Assembly (NCBI GenBank): GCA_950097015.1
Contig: CATNEN010000038.1
Coordinates: 10,912,001 to 10,976,000 of the forward strand
Source: Macrostomum hystrix
Lineage: Eukaryota; Animalia; Platyhelminthes
DNA length: 64,000 bases
Direction of reading: 5' to 3'
Shown: piece by piece, positions 62,697 through 64,000 of the stretch
Layout: every line of letters starts with the position of its first letter
Position numbering within the stretch: position 1 is the stretch's first letter
Notes under the pieces: generated by a model
What the model was told of the DNA's origin: nothing
The model's input: only the letters and a program-made list of their open reading frames with translations
Databases searched by the model: none
Made by a program: the position numbers and the translations under genes

Positions 62697-63762
62697 TCAA
62701 ACTTCCGTGTTCGACTGCAGCTTCAACGCGTTGCTCTGCTGCAGAATAAAGCTGAGCGTCTCGTGACGCATCCAGGCAATCTGGCGCCTCAGTTGGTCCA
62801 GGGTCTCTGTCTGGCTGCTGATCGTCTGGCTCAGCGAGGCGACATCGCTGCGCAACTTCTCATTCTCCTGCGCGATTCAGAAAAGTGGCCAAGAACGTAG
62901 TTTATTGTGGACTCAATGCTTTTAAGGCCCTCTGAGTTCTTTGTGGACCGGGCATACATTTTTCAGTAAGTGTGCCCCCTGAAAAAATACCTGAGAAACT
63001 CGGCTGATATCAGCAATGAAGCTTTCCGTCTCAGTCTGCACTTCGGTCTCTTTTCTGTTGGACAGCGGAGAAAGCGGCGAAGACGGAGCCGACGAGCCCG
63101 AGCCTGAGGTCGAAGCCGAGCCTAAAGCCGAGCCTGAAGCCGAGCCTGAAGCCGAGCCTGAACCTGAGCCTGAAGCCGAGCCTGAAGCTGAGCCTGAAGC
63201 CGAGCCTGAAGCCGAGCCTGAAGCCGAGCCAGAAACTGAACCTGAAGTCGAGCCTGAAGCTGAGCCTGAAGCCGAGCCTGAACCAAAGCATGAAGCCGAG
63301 CCTGAATAAGCAGAGCCTGAAGCCGAGCCTGAAGCCGAGCCTGAAGCCGAGCCCTTGCCATAGGATGAAGCTGAGACACCAGCACTATCTGAGTTCGAGC
63401 CTGAATTTTAATGGTTAGAGTAGGATATAGAATATAGAAACTGATGCAGCGAATTTTCTGTCGCTTGATAAGTTTATGTAAAAACGAGCCACACACCGTC
63501 AGTGGAGGAGTTGTGCCTGGCGCTGTGGCCGCGGCATTCGATGACAACGGCGTCTTTGCAGTGCTTGTGCACGCTGATGCCGCAGTCGCGGCACTTCCAG
63601 CCCTGCCGCCTGATGCCCCACAGCAGGCCGGCGCAGCGATCGCAGAAGGTCGGCCGGATGTAAGAGTTGGCGTGGAAATTGTGGCTGAAGCTCATCTTCA
63701 GCTCGGGAGAATTGACTCGGATAAAGTAGGCCTGCAGTTCCGACTTCGAGATGTGCCCGTCG
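62697..63762 (-). CDS. rasgrp: 3' end of a RasGRP/CalDAG-GEF-like gene (EF-hand, C1 domain, SGSA repeat, coiled-coil tail); gene continues beyond the window
   Basis: Exons 63762-63497, 63400-62991, 62867-62697. [17 protein letters not shown] followed by C1 [42 protein letters not shown] is the RasGRP arrangement. Ends ...LKLQSNTEV*. Confidence 0.82.
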
Positions 63763-63859
63763 CTGTGTTGGAGTGTTTCTCTGAGGAGCTAATTATCCAA
63801 CTTAGTGGCACAGCCATCCGGGAGGCTTTGCTTATTTAGACATTAGATGAATTTGGGAT

Positions 63860-64000
63860 TGGGGTTGGTTGTTAGGAGTGGGGCTGGTGTAAGGAGTGGG
63901 ATTGGTGTAAGGAGTGGGATTGGTGTAAGGAGTGGGGTTGGTGTAAGGAGTGGGGTCGGTGAAAGGAGTGGGATTGGTGTAAGGAGTGGGATTGGTGTAA
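63860..64000. repeat. 18-bp intronic minisatellite
   Basis: Unit ggagtgggattggtgtaa. Confidence 0.9.

Noticed and set aside
63016-63309. Plus-strand PEAE-repeat ORF
   Set aside because: It is antisense to the RasGRP exon that encodes SGSA repeats with proper splice sites.

Overview
Eukaryotic, intron-rich and minisatellite-dense animal DNA; the style suggests a flatworm such as Macrostomum, but this is inference only. Four spliced genes can be assembled by hand with consistent GT-AG phases: an RFX1/2/3-type transcription factor (- strand, 10 coding exons, about 832 aa), a ChaC-like gamma-glutamylcyclotransferase that appears to lack the catalytic Glu (+), an unrecognised Gln-rich protein (+, about 728 aa), and the 3' end of a RasGRP/CalDAG-GEF-like gene (-). 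The dominant structure is a 31-kb head-to-tail array of non-autonomous Helitrons (11794-42808) just upstream of RFX. It holds about 27 short 335-bp units and 5 long minisatellite-carrying units. The two families share a 5' end and the same 3' hairpin geometry, and many junctions carry abortive 5' stubs, which suggests repeated insertion at the element's own 5' end. Also present are two tRNA-derived SINE families, two MITE-like elements, X-box motifs and many minisatellites. Almost all ORFs in the supplied track between 11.8-44.6 kb, 48.5-52 kb and 58-62.6 kb are repeat artefacts.
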